Shown: positions 1-10,116, counted from the first letter of the stretch. The stretch: 64,000 nt of DNA from Chloroflexota bacterium (GCA_021787395.1 JAJYLZ010000009.1:2639-66638), one strand, 5' to 3'. Numbers and translations are program-made. Notes: generated from the letters alone by a model not told the origin.

Positions 1-121
1 GGTGGCGGCGGGCCGCGTGGCGCTCGCTCCGTCACGCCCGGCGGGCTGGCGCCACCGTAACGCGGCGCCGGGTCGGAGGTGCGACCGGCCCCGGCTCGGC
101 TCCGAGCCTGGCCGGCCCGCG

Positions 122-439
122 CTACGGGCGGGAGGCGCGGAGCGCCTCCTCGATCCACGCGCGAGGCGGCACGCCGCGCAGGCCGTCGGGGGTCCGGTAG
201 AGGCGGCAGCGGGGCGTGTAGTCGCCCGGGTCCTGGTACCCGGGGTCGACGTCCACCCCGTCGACCCGGATCGTCGGCGAGCCCGGGAAGCGCCGCTCCC
301 TCGCGACGGCCCCGTCCGAGGCGTCGACGTCCTCGATCGTCGCGCCCGGGTCGACCTCGGCGACCACCTCCGCGAGGAGCGCGCGGGCGGGCACGTGGCT
401 CGGGCAGCCGTCGAACCAGAGGAACTCGACCCTGGTCAT
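122..439 (-). CDS. Thioredoxin-fold small protein (DF-family/DUF2703-like, Cys form)
   Basis: MTRVEFLWFDGCPSH...FPGSPTIRVDGVDVDP...CRLY; ATG at 439 just downstream of the SQR-like gene. Confidence 0.75.
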   Translation of the reverse strand: MTRVEFLWFDGCPSHVPARALLAEVVAEVDPGATIEDVDASDGAVARERRFPGSPTIRVDGVDVDPGYQDPGDYTPRCRLYRTPDGLRGVPPRAWIEEALRASRP

Positions 440-447
440 GCTGGGGC

Positions 448-1587
448 TCAGCGACCGAACCAGGCCGCGAGACGGTCGGCCTCGAACGCGGCCTTCCCGG
501 CCATCGCGCCCTCGGACGGCCCCTGGACGTCCGCCGCCGGCGGGTCGGCGTAGAAGCGGGCGTCGATCTGGACGGCCCGGCCGCCTCCGGTCTCGGCGAA
601 GCAGGTGCCCGTGCCGTCGAAGGTCGCCGTCGGCTCCCGGCCCGCGAACTCCGCGGCGATCCGCTCGGCGACCGCGTGGCCCTCGGCCTCCGCGAACAGG
701 CCGGCCTTCGGCAGCGGGAGGCCGTGGGCGAGCGTGATGGCCGTCGCGTCGCCGACCGCGTACACGCCCGCGAACGGCGTCGCGAGCGTCCGCGGGTCGA
801 CCCCGACCCAGCCGCCCGCCGGGGCGAGGCCGGCGTCCACGAGCACCCGCGGAACGCGGTGCGGGGGCACCGCGAGCAGCAGGTCGAACGCGAGGTCCCG
901 GCCGTCCGCGAGGTGGACGACCCCGGCCCCGACCGATGTCGCGGGCTGGCCGCGGTGGAACGGGATGCCGGCGGCGTCGAGCAGCGCCTCGACCTTGGCG
1001 CTCTCGGCCGGCCCGAGGACTGGCAGCGCGATCGGCATCGGCCCGAAGACCTCGACGGACACCTGGGCGCCGCGGGCGGCCAGCGCGTCGCGCGCGAGCA
1101 GCGCGAGCTCGAACGGGCCGGGCGGGCACGCGTACGGCGTCCCGAAAACCCCCACGAGAAGGCGGCCGCGCTCGAGGGCGGCCAATGCGTCGCGGGCCCG
1201 ACCGGCGTTCGCCCGGTCCCAGACGTTGACCCCGTGCTGGGCGAGGCCTGGGACAACCTGGGGGACGGTCTCGGCGCCCAGCGCGACGACGATCGCGTCG
1301 GCGTCGACCCACGCGCCGTCGAGGCGGACGCGCCGGGCGGCGGGCTCGATCGCCTCGACCGACGCCTGCCGGACGTCGATGCCGCGGCCGCGGAGCGCCG
1401 CGAGGGGACGTCGGCCCTCCTCGAGCGGGTGCGCGCCGACGACCTCCCACGTCTTGTGGAGGCCCATGACGAAGTCGGTCGACCGATCGACGAGCACGAC
1501 CTCGTCGGAGGGGTCGAGGAGCGAGCGGAGCCGGGTGGCGGCCGCGATGCCGCCGAAGCCGGCGCCGAGGACGAGGACGCGTGCCAT
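448..1587 (-). CDS. Sulfide:quinone oxidoreductase-like FAD-dependent oxidoreductase
   Basis: VLVLGAGFGG Rossmann motif, YACPPGPFE, VYAVGD, LPKAG, GTCF; RBS GGGAGG. Confidence 0.85.
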   Translation of the reverse strand: MARVLVLGAGFGGIAAATRLRSLLDPSDEVVLVDRSTDFVMGLHKTWEVVGAHPLEEGRRPLAALRGRGIDVRQASVEAIEPAARRVRLDGAWVDADAIVVALGAETVPQVVPGLAQHGVNVWDRANAGRARDALAALERGRLLVGVFGTPYACPPGPFELALLARDALAARGAQVSVEVFGPMPIALPVLGPAESAKVEALLDAAGIPFHRGQPATSVGAGVVHLADGRDLAFDLLLAVPPHRVPRVLVDAGLAPAGGWVGVDPRTLATPFAGVYAVGDATAITLAHGLPLPKAGLFAEAEGHAVAERIAAEFAGREPTATFDGTGTCFAETGGGRAVQIDARFYADPPAADVQGPSEGAMAGKAAFEADRLAAWFGR

Positions 1588-1607
1588 GGGGCCTCCCTGT
1601 TGTGCCT

Positions 1608-1973
1608 CTAGAACGTGACCACTTTGTCCGCCCAGATCGTCCACTCCGTCAGCTCGGCGAGCGTGGAGCGCCGGGCGGGCTCGGCGAGCGGGTCGTCGGC
1701 CATGCCGCGGGCGTCGAGGCAGGTGCCGCAGCAGCCGACCGGCACGCCCCTGGGCTCGAGGCCGCGGAGCATCCGCTCGAGGTTGTAGTAGCCGTCCGCC
1801 GTCTTCTGCGGCGTCTTGGCACAGGTCACCGCGTCGCCCATCAGGAACACCCGGATCTCCTGGCCCTCGGCCTTGGCCAGCGAGAGGGCGAGCCGCAGGC
1901 CGTTGTACGAGCGCTCGTTGCCGTACGCCGGCTCGTTGAGGATGAACAGGGTCTTCACGGTTCGCGACTCCAT
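1608..1973 (-). CDS. DsrE/YchN-family sulfur-relay protein
   Basis: PAYGNERSYNGLRLA, VFLMGDAV, CGTCLDARG, WADKVVTF. Confidence 0.9.
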   Translation of the reverse strand: MESRTVKTLFILNEPAYGNERSYNGLRLALSLAKAEGQEIRVFLMGDAVTCAKTPQKTADGYYNLERMLRGLEPRGVPVGCCGTCLDARGMADDPLAEPARRSTLAELTEWTIWADKVVTF

Positions 1974-2007
1974 GCGGATCGCGGGCGGGACGGACCACGC
2001 GAGTCAA

Positions 2008-2031
2008 CTACTCAAACGAGGAGTAGAGTAG
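2008..2031. promoter_or_regulatory. Palindromic operator between divergent dsrE and arsR-rhodanese genes
   Basis: CTACTCAA-ACGAGGAG-TAGAGTAG imperfect inverted repeat, AT-rich in a GC-rich background. Confidence 0.55.
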
Positions 2032-2035
2032 CAGC

Positions 2036-2716
2036 ATGACAGAGGCCGCCGAGATCGGCACGCGGGCCGCCAAGAACGAGCTCCACGACGCCTTCGCCCA
2101 GGTCGGGAAGGCCCTCGCCAACGGCCACCGGATCGAGCTCCTCGACCTGCTCGCCCAGGGCGAGCGCTCGGTCGAGGCCCTGGCGTCGCGGGCCGAGATC
2201 TCGGTCGCCCTCGCCTCGGCCCACCTCCAGGCGCTCCGGCGCGCCGGGCTGGTGGCGGCGCGGCGCGACGGCAACCGCATCCTCCACCGGCTCGCCGACG
2301 ACGACGTCTACGCGCTCCTCGCCTCGCTGCGGACGGTCGCGTCGCGCCTGGGCGAGGCGGAGCGCGCGGCGGCGCGGTTCCTCGGCGCCCCGCAGGAGGC
2401 GGTGAGCCGGGCGGAGCTCGTGGCCCGCGTCCGCGCGGGCGAGGCGGTCGTCGTCGACCTGCGCCCGGCCGACGAGTTCGACGCCGGCCACATCGCGGGC
2501 GCCCTGTCGATCCCCCTCCCGGAGCTCGAGGCGCGCCTCGCCGAGCTGCCGCCCGACGTCGAGGTCGTCGCCTACTGCCGCGGGCCGTACTGCGCGATGA
2601 GCCCCCAGGGGGTCGCGCTGCTCGAGCGCGCCGGCCGGCGGGCGCGCCGCCTCGAGGACGGCTACCCGGAGTGGCGCCTAGCGGGGCTGCCCGTCGAGAG
2701 CGGGGGCGCCCGGTGA
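2036..2716 (+). CDS. ArsR-family regulator fused to a rhodanese domain
   Basis: KALANGHRIELLDLLAQGERSVE HTH; DLRPADEFDAGHIAGA...YCRGPYC rhodanese. Confidence 0.92.
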   Translation: MTEAAEIGTRAAKNELHDAFAQVGKALANGHRIELLDLLAQGERSVEALASRAEISVALASAHLQALRRAGLVAARRDGNRILHRLADDDVYALLASLRTVASRLGEAERAAARFLGAPQEAVSRAELVARVRAGEAVVVDLRPADEFDAGHIAGALSIPLPELEARLAELPPDVEVVAYCRGPYCAMSPQGVALLERAGRRARRLEDGYPEWRLAGLPVESGGAR

Positions 2717-3849
2717 CCGAGATCTACCTCGACTACAACGCGAGCACCCCGATCGACGCGCGCGTCGCGGACGTCGTGCGCGGGCTGCTCGACGGCCCAT
2801 ACGCCAACCCGCCAGCGCTCCACCGGGGCGGCCGCGGGGCCCGCGCCGTCGTCGACCGCGCCCGGACCCAGGTCGCGGGCCTGCTGGGGGCATCGCCCGA
2901 CGAGGTTGTGTTCACGTCGGGCGGCAGCGAGGCCGACAACGCGGCGCTGCTGGGCGCGTGGTTCGCGCGGCGCGACGGGACCGACCACCTCGTGACGACC
3001 GCCGTCGAGCACCCGGCGATCATGGAGCCGGCCCGGTTCCTCGAGCGCCTCGGGGCGCGCGTGACCGTCGTCCCGGTCGACGGCACTGGCCTCGTCGACC
3101 CTGATGAGGTGCGACGCGCGATCACGCCACAGACGTTTCTCGTCTCGGTGATGCACGCGAACAACGAGGTTGGCACGATCCAGCCGGTCGCCGAGATCGC
3201 GGCCGCCACCCGCGGGGCGGGCGTGCTGCTCCACACCGACGCCGCGCAGAGCGTGGGCAAGATCCCGACCCGCGTCGACGAGCTCGGCGTCGACCTGCTC
3301 TCGGTCGCCGGGCACAAGCTGTACGCGCCCAAGGGGATCGGCGCGCTGTACATCCGCCGCGGCGTGCGGCTTGAGCCCCTCGTCCACGGTGCCGGCCACG
3401 AGTCGGGCCGCCGCGCCGGGACTGAGAGCGCCCTGCTCGACGCGGCGCTCGGCGAGGCGTGCGCGGTCGCCGCCGACCTCGGGCCGATGGACGAGACCCG
3501 CGCGCTGCGCGACCGGCTGTGGGACGGCCTCCGGTCGCTGTTCGGCGGCCGTGTTGTGCTCAACGGGCACGCGACCGAGCGCCTGCCGAACACGCTCAGC
3601 GTGTCCTTCGTCGGCCGGCCGGGCGCCGACGTGCTCGCGGCCCTCGGCGACGTGGCGGCCTCAACTGGCTCCGCCTGCCACGCCGGCTCGGTCGAGCTCT
3701 CGCCCGTGCTCGCTGCGATGGGCGTCGAGCCCCGGGTCGGCATGGGGGCGGTGCGCCTGAGCCTCGGCCGCATGACGACCGCCGCGGATGTCGACGCCGC
3801 GCTCGAGCGGTTCGCCTCGCTCCAGCGAGGAGCCTTGCTCGCGATCTGA
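2713..3849 (+). CDS. iscS: Cysteine desulfurase (IscS/NifS family)
   Basis: IYLDYNASTP, FTSGGSEADN, HTDAAQ, GHKLYAPKG, STGSACH; GTG overlaps the upstream TGA. Confidence 0.92.
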   Translation: MTEIYLDYNASTPIDARVADVVRGLLDGPYANPPALHRGGRGARAVVDRARTQVAGLLGASPDEVVFTSGGSEADNAALLGAWFARRDGTDHLVTTAVEHPAIMEPARFLERLGARVTVVPVDGTGLVDPDEVRRAITPQTFLVSVMHANNEVGTIQPVAEIAAATRGAGVLLHTDAAQSVGKIPTRVDELGVDLLSVAGHKLYAPKGIGALYIRRGVRLEPLVHGAGHESGRRAGTESALLDAALGEACAVAADLGPMDETRALRDRLWDGLRSLFGGRVVLNGHATERLPNTLSVSFVGRPGADVLAALGDVAASTGSACHAGSVELSPVLAAMGVEPRVGMGAVRLSLGRMTTAADVDAALERFASLQRGALLAI

Positions 3850-4038
3850 CCGCGACGGATCGCGCGTCGTCGCCCGGCGACCAGGGGAGATGGTCATCAC
3901 CGCCCAGACGACCGCGACGATGACGCAGAGCATCGCAACCGCCGAGCATCCAGAGCCCGCCGCCCCAGCTTTGCCCATCGATCGTTCCCCTGTCTCGGCA
4001 GTTCGTCGATCAAACAGGCGCGGGCAGCCAGTGGGACT

Positions 4039-4062
4039 ACACTTGAGTTATGGCTCAAGTGT
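4039..4062. promoter_or_regulatory. ArsR/SmtB-type operator
   Basis: ACACTTGAG-TTATGG-CTCAAGTGT perfect 9-bp arms overlapping the regulator ATG. Confidence 0.75.
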
Positions 4063-4436
4063 TCGCCTCTGAGATCGACGCCGACGCGTGCTCGACTGAG
4101 TGCCTCCACCCGGAGGCGATCGAGCCGCTCCTTGGGCGGTCGCTGGGCGCCGACGGGGCGCGGGCCGTGGGTGAGCTGTTCGCGACCCTCGCCCACCCGT
4201 CGCGGGCCAGGATCGTCCACCTGCTCGCGATCACTGGGCAGGACCTGTGCGTGTGCGACATCGCGCTGGTCCTCGGCATGAGCGTGTCGGCCCTGTCGCA
4301 CCAGCTCCGATTCCTGCGTGAGCGCGGCGCGGTCGAGCGGCGCAAGGGCGGCCGGATGGCCTACTACCGCCTGGTCGACGACCACCTGCGCGACCTCGTC
4401 CTCGGCGCCGCGACCCACGTCGCCGAGGGCGCCTGA
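4050..4436 (+). CDS. ArsR/SmtB metal-sensing repressor (CadC/SmtB-like)
   Basis: N-terminal CSTECLH, DLCVCDIA, SALSHQLR, DDH..H. Confidence 0.92.
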   Translation: MAQVFASEIDADACSTECLHPEAIEPLLGRSLGADGARAVGELFATLAHPSRARIVHLLAITGQDLCVCDIALVLGMSVSALSHQLRFLRERGAVERRKGGRMAYYRLVDDHLRDLVLGAATHVAEGA

Positions 4437-5329
4437 TGCCGCACCCCCACGGCTCGGTTGCGGCTGCCAACCGGAACCGGCTGGTCGCGGTGCTCGCCCT
4501 CAGCCTCGTGATCCTCGTCGTCGAGGTCGCGGGCGCGCTCGCCTCCAACAGCCTCGCCCTGCTCGCGGACGCCGGGCACATGCTCACCGACGTGTCGGGC
4601 ATCGGCCTCGCGCTGCTCGCGATCTGGTTCGCCGGCCGCGCCCCCACGAACGGCCACACGTTCGGCTACCTGCGGGTCGAGATCATCGCCGCGGTGACCA
4701 ACGCGTTCCTGCTGTTCGGCGTGGCCGCGTTCATCCTCTACGAGGCCTGGCGGCGCCTGTCCGCGCCGCCCGAGGTCGCGTCGGGGCTGATGCTCGCCGT
4801 CGCGCTCGTGGGCCTGGCCGCCAACGGCGTGTCGCTCTACCTCCTGCGCCACGCCCAGCGAGAGAGCCTCAACATGCGGGGCGCCTACCTCGAGGTCATG
4901 GGAGACTTCGCGGGCTCGGCCGCCGTGATCGCGGCGGCCCTCGTCATCGCGGCGACCGGCTGGGCGCAGGCCGACACGGTCGCCTCGGTCGCCATCGCGC
5001 TCCTCATCCTGCCCCGGACGCTCGCCCTCCTCCGCGAGGCCACCGATGTCCTGCTCCAGGCGACCCCCAAGGGCGTGGACATGGACCACGTGCGGGCGCA
5101 CATCCTCGACGCCCCAGGGGTCGTCGACTGCCACGACCTGCACGCCTGGACGATCACGTCTGGCATGAACGTCGTCTCGGCCCACGTGGTCATCCGCGAC
5201 GGGGCGGATCCGGCCCTGACCCTAGACGCGCTGTGCGAGTGCCTCTCGGACGACTTCGACATCGAGCACTCGACCTTCCAGCTCGAGACCGCCGACCGGC
5301 GGCGGTTCGAGGAACGGAGCCACGCATGA
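4436..5329 (+). CDS. czcD: Cation diffusion facilitator (CzcD-like Zn/Co/Cd efflux)
   Basis: SLALLADAGHMLTD, TFGYLR, NMRGAYLEVMGD, HDLHAW, IEHSTFQLE. Confidence 0.93.
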   Translation: MPHPHGSVAAANRNRLVAVLALSLVILVVEVAGALASNSLALLADAGHMLTDVSGIGLALLAIWFAGRAPTNGHTFGYLRVEIIAAVTNAFLLFGVAAFILYEAWRRLSAPPEVASGLMLAVALVGLAANGVSLYLLRHAQRESLNMRGAYLEVMGDFAGSAAVIAAALVIAATGWAQADTVASVAIALLILPRTLALLREATDVLLQATPKGVDMDHVRAHILDAPGVVDCHDLHAWTITSGMNVVSAHVVIRDGADPALTLDALCECLSDDFDIEHSTFQLETADRRRFEERSHA

Positions 5330-5959
5330 CCGTCCTCGCCGCCTCGCGCCCTTCCCTGCTCCGGCGGGCGATCCGCCTCGAGCAGCTCACGGTGGGCTGG
5401 AACCTCGTCGAGGGCGTCGTGGCGGTCGCCGCGGGCCTCGCCGCGAGGAGCGTCACGCTCGTCGGCTTCGGCGTGGACTCGGCGGTCGAGACGGTGTCCG
5501 GGGCGGTCCTGCTGTGGCGTCTGTCGTCCGAGGCCCGGGGCACGCTCGACGAGGAGGCGGTCGAGCGGGTCGAGCGCCGCGCCGAGCGGCTGGTGGGCGC
5601 CGCGTTCCTGCTGCTCGCGGCCTACGTCGCGGTCGACGCGGTGCTCACCCTCGTCCGCGGCGAGCACCCGGAGGCGAGCCCGGTCGGCATCGCGCTGACG
5701 GCGGTGTCGATCGTCGTGATGATCTGGCTCACCGGGCAGAAGCGCCGGGCCGGCGAGGCGCTCGAGAGCCGGGCGCTGGTGGCGGACTCCAAGCAGACCT
5801 ACGCCTGCTGGTACCTCTCCGTGACGACCCTCGCCGGGCTCGCGCTCAACGCCCTGCTCGGCTGGTGGTGGGCCGACCCCGTGGCCGGCCTGGGTGATCG
5901 TCGCGTTCCTGCTGCGCGAGGCCGTCGAGGCGCTGCGCGGCGAGGCCGACGAGGACTGA
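5326..5959 (+). CDS. Short CDF-like cation transporter (frameshift near 5893)
   Basis: TVGWNLVEG, LVGFGVDS, ALVADS, GWWWADP; after an extra G in CTGGGTG the frame continues VIVAFLLREAVEALRGEADED*. Confidence 0.8.
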
Positions 5960-5979
5960 CGACGACGCGAAGGAGCGAG

Positions 5980-6260
5980 ATGACGGACTACACGATCAGG
6001 TCGGATGAGGACGAGGTCGCCATCGAGATCACGGGGCCGGGGGCTCCCAGGCGGAGCTGCTCCAGGCCTTCGGCGAGTGCCAGCAAGGGCAGTGCTCGTG
6101 CCCGACCAACGAGTACGAGAAGGTCGACGCGATGGACGTCGAGCCTGCGGGAGACCGCATCGCCATCACGCTCCGGGCGAAGCCCGGCGCGAGGTTCGAC
6201 GCAGACGAGATCGCGGCTTGTCTCGACTACACCGTGGGCAAGGGCGAGCGCAAGGGGTAG
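5980..6260 (+). CDS. Small Cys-containing hypothetical protein (frameshift near 6040)
   Basis: RBS AAGGAG; MTDYTIRSDEDEVAIEITG / SQAELLQAFGECQQGQCSCPTNEYEK...ACLDYT; indel in a G-run. Confidence 0.65.
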
Positions 6261-6418
6261 GCGCGCTCACGCGGCCGATGCGCGCCTGTCGCCCCGAGTG
6301 GGCCGGCCCCCTCGTCGAGACGGCCCGCCCCGGTGGCCCTGCTCCCCTTCCCGCCTAGCACCGCAGGCGAATAGACCGCGCCAGCCACCTTCCCGACGAT
6401 TGGCGGGTCAAGCTATCC

Positions 6419-6645
6419 GCGGTCTGCGGTGGGGTCACCAAACACGCGGGAAGCCGCTGTACGGCGCACGCCCGCCAGTCCAACCGCAGCCGCCATAACG
6501 CCCTCTGCAGCACGCGCGCCTGGCAGACGCTCAGCGCCCGAGTGCTGCGCTCCTGGCGGGGTGAGCACGTCAACTGGTGCCCTGGCTACGGCCGTCCCGC
6601 CCGCCGCAGTGCTGTGCCGCTCGTGCAACTCGACCAAGGGCGCGT
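6419..6645 (+). pseudogene. Phage-type HNH endonuclease remnant
   Basis: AVCGGVTKHAGSRCTAH...RAWQTLSARVL..WCPGYGRPA, then in another frame AVLCRSCNSTKG; central DH segment missing. Confidence 0.5.
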
Positions 6646-7030
6646 CGGTCGGGATGTGGGGTTGCCCATAAGGGACCGGCGATCGCGTGCGCTTGTGTTC
6701 CAGCGGCCGGGTCTCGCGCGTTTCAGAGATCCACCCGCTCGGACGCCACGCCCGCCCAAGTGCCGCCGAAACCGCGCATGCTGCCTGAACACGTGTCGGC
6801 CGCTCTTCGGTCGATCTGGGGTCGAGCGGCGCGACTGGGGACTGGCCAAGGCGTTCAGGTCCGAGCCTCGTGGGGCTCACGGCCAGCGATCCACGTCCGC
6901 GACCTCAGACTTCGATGATCGGGCGCGATCGGGTACGGCAACATTCCGGAGCAGCCTGAAGTGGCCGAGCACCAGAACGGGCGAGTCGCACCGCCGGTCG
7001 CCTTCCAACGGCGCTTCGGGTGGGTCCGGG

Positions 7031-7741
7031 TCAGCCGCCCACGGTGACGAATGCGCCGTACATTCCCTCGGCGGCGTGCCCGGGGACGGTGCAGAGATAC
7101 GTGTAGCGCCCGGGTGCCGGCGCGGTGAACGTCGTGGCGGTCTCGGGCATGGCGCTGCCCGTCGCGGCCGGCAGCGTGTCGGTGGCGGCGCCCGCCGCGA
7201 CCGGCCCGGACATCATGATCATGGCGCTGAACGGCGGCGTGGCGCTGGTGACGAGGAAGTCGTGCTCCATGCCGGCGTCGGCGTTGATGAGCTCGACGGA
7301 CACCTTCGCGCCCGCGGGCACGACGATCGACGGGTTGACCAGGCCGGCGATGCGGAACGTCTCGTCGGGGCCGTCGCGCGGGGCCCCCAGGACCACGAGG
7401 CGGACCGGGCCGGCCGAGAACGTCACGGTGTTGCCCGCCGCGTCGACGGTCGCGCCAGTCGGGGCCGCCGAGCAGAGGCGGGCGGCGTCTGCGGGCGCCA
7501 CCATCCCGGCCGCGGCCTCGCCGGTGCCCCCGCCCCCCGCGCCCTGGCCGTAGCCGCCGCCCATCATGCCCGGGCCTGACCCGCCGCCCATCACGCCCGG
7601 GCCGTAGGCGCCTGCGGGTGCCGTGCTGGAGCAGGCGGCGACACCCGCCGCGAGGGCGAGCGCGAGGGCCGCGCCCGCCGGGCCGCGGGCCGACCGGCGG
7701 CGGAGTCCCCGAGCGGGCGGCGCGACGAGCCGCACGGTCAC
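7031..7741 (-). CDS. Rusticyanin/sulfocyanin-like blue copper (lipo)protein
   Basis: Lipobox-like VAAC, GMMGG linker, NPSIVVPAGA.V...IN...HDF, YLCTVPGHAAEGMYG type-1 Cu ligands. Confidence 0.85.
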   Translation of the reverse strand: MTVRLVAPPARGLRRRSARGPAGAALALALAAGVAACSSTAPAGAYGPGVMGGGSGPGMMGGGYGQGAGGGGTGEAAAGMVAPADAARLCSAAPTGATVDAAGNTVTFSAGPVRLVVLGAPRDGPDETFRIAGLVNPSIVVPAGAKVSVELINADAGMEHDFLVTSATPPFSAMIMMSGPVAAGAATDTLPAATGSAMPETATTFTAPAPGRYTYLCTVPGHAAEGMYGAFVTVGG

Positions 7742-7935
7742 ATCTCCATGCTCGGCATGTACGCGGGGTCCAGGTACTTCGCCGGGTCGTCGGCGAACTC
7801 GAGCTTGCAGCCCTTGCCGCAGAAGTAGTACGGCTGGCCCCCGTGCTCCGCGACGAGGCCTGACGCCTTGGCGTGCGCGACCTCGACGGTCATGCCGCAC
7901 CCGGGGTCCGTCGCGGTGGTCGGCTGGTCGGTCAT
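7738..7935 (-). CDS. YHS/TRASH-domain protein
   Basis: DPGCGM...YYFCGKGC..F..DP; RBS GGAGGGAGGAG. Confidence 0.85.
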   Translation of the reverse strand: MTDQPTTATDPGCGMTVEVAHAKASGLVAEHGGQPYYFCGKGCKLEFADDPAKYLDPAYMPSMEM

Positions 7936-7967
7936 GGTGGTCTCCTCCCTCCGTGGGTGGTGGATGG

Positions 7968-10116
7968 TCAGGCCGGCTGGGTCGCGGCCGTCATGTCGTG
8001 GCTGGGCGCCCGCTCGAGGCGCAGGCGGCGGAGGAGCTGGGCGTTGGCTGCGACGATGATGGTCGACGCGCTCATCACCACTGCCCCCACGGCCATCGGG
8101 AGGTCGAGGCCCCACGGCACGAGGACGCCGGCCGCGACCGGGATCGCCACGAGGTTGTAGGCCGTGGCCCAGGCCAGGTTCTGGACCATCTTACGGTAGG
8201 TCGCCCGGGACAGCTCGACGGCGCCGACCACGTCGCGGGGGTCGCTGCGCACGAGCACGATGCCGGCCGACTCGACCGCCACGTCCGTGCCGGCGCCGAT
8301 CGCGATGCCCACGTCGGCCGTGGCGAGGGCCGGGGCGTCGTTCACGCCGTCCCCGACCATCGCGACCCTGCGGCCGCCGGCCTGGAAGCGCCGGACGGCG
8401 TCGGCCTTGTCGGCCGGCAGGACCTGGGCCGCGACCTCATCGACGCCGAGCCGGCGGGCCACCGAGTCCGCGACCGCCTGCGCGTCCCCGGTGATCATGG
8501 CGACCTTGAGGCCCATGCGGTGGAGCCGCTCGACGGCCTCGGCCGACTCGGGGCGGACCTCGTCCTCGACCGCCACGGCACCGACAACGACGCCGTCGGC
8601 GACCACGTGCAGCACCGTCCGGCCCTCGCGCGCCCACGCGTCGGTCGCCGGGTCGGCGTCGAGGCCGAGCTCGGCGAGCATGCGGGGGCCCCCGACCGTG
8701 ACCTCGCGGCCGTCGACGCGCGCCCTCGCGCCGCGCCCCGGCAGCGCCTCGAAGGCCTCGGCGCGCGAGGGCTCGACGCCCCGGGCGCGGGCGCCCTCGA
8801 CGATGGAGCGGCCGAGCGGGTGCTCGGAGTCGGCCTCGACCGAGGCCGCCAGGCGCAGGACCTCGGCCTCGTCCGCGCCGCTGACGGCGGCCAGGGCGGG
8901 CGCGCCGCGCGTGAGGGTCCCTGTCTTGTCGAAGACGACCACGTCGAGCTCGCGCGCCCGCTCGAGGGCGACCCGGTCCTTGACCAGGAGGCCATGCCGC
9001 GCGCCGAGCGACGTGCTGATCGCGATCACGAGCGGGATCGCGAGGCCGAGGGCGTGGGGGCAGGCGATGACGAGCACCGTCGCCATCCGCGTGAGCGCGC
9101 CCGCCCGGTCGCCGTCGAGCCACCAGAAGGCGAACGTGACGGCCGCCGAGCCCAGGGCCACGTAGAAGAGGACGGCCGCGGCCCTGTCGGCCAGGGCCTG
9201 GGCCCGCGAGGCGGAGGCCTGCGCGGCGGCGACCATGCGCATGATCCCCGAGAGGGCGGTGCCCTCCCCTGTGGCCGTCACCCGGACGCGCAGGCTGCCG
9301 CCCGCGGCGACCGTGCCGGCCACCACCCTGTCACCCGGCTCCTTGGCGACCGCGCGCGACTCGCCGGTGATCATCGACTCGTCGACGTCGGCCGTCCCGT
9401 CGACCACGGTCCCGTCCACCGGGACCCGGCCGCCGGGCCGGACCAGGACGATGTCGTCGACGGCGAGCGCGTCGAGGGCCACGGTCTCGGTGCCCTCGCC
9501 GGCCACCCGCTCCGCCGTGTCGGGCAGCAGCTCGGCCAGCGCGGCCAGGGCGCCGCGGGCCTGCGCGATCGAGCGCATCTCGAGTCAGTGGCCGAGCAGC
9601 ATGATCGTGATCAGCGAGCTGAGCTCCCACCAGATCTCGATCTCGAACAGCCCGAGCGTCCCAGACCAGCTCGTGACGAACGCGACCACGATCGCGAGGC
9701 TGATCAGGGTCATAATGCCGGGGCGCCGGTCGGCCAGCTCGCCCCGCGCGCCGCGCAGGAAGACGAGCCCGCCGTACAGGAAGACGATCGTGCCCAGGAC
9801 CGGCGGGACCCAGTCGGAGCCCGGGAACGCCGGCGCCGTGTAGCCGAGCCAGGCCTGGGGGGTCGGGGCTCCAGATGACGGCCGGGATGGTCAGGATCAG
9901 GCTCAGCCAGAACTTGTCGCGGAACATCGCGGCCGAGTGGCCGGCGTGGCGGTCGTGGCCGGACCCGCCCGCGTGGTCGGCGTGCTGCATGTGGCCCGCG
10001 TGCGGGGCCCCGGACGCGGGGGCGTGCCGGTCGTGCTGCTCGTGAGGGGTGGCGCCCGTGTGCGTGACGTGCTGGCCGCCCGTCATGGCGTCATGGTCCG
10101 TCGGGGAGTGGTTCAT
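7968..10116 (-). pseudogene. copB: CopB-type P1B-3 copper ATPase with His-rich N-terminus; frameshift ~9860 and in-frame TGA 9585-9587
   Basis: [32 protein letters not shown]; conserved GHWLEM reads GH*LEM. Confidence 0.85.

Noticed and set aside
3661-3978. Minus-strand ORF with a hydrophobic stretch
   Set aside because: Overlaps the iscS 3' end by ~190 bp; no recognisable family
9585-9587. In-frame TGA as selenocysteine or Trp recoding
   Set aside because: The position is a conserved Trp, not Cys; TGA is the usual stop across this window; no SECIS evident
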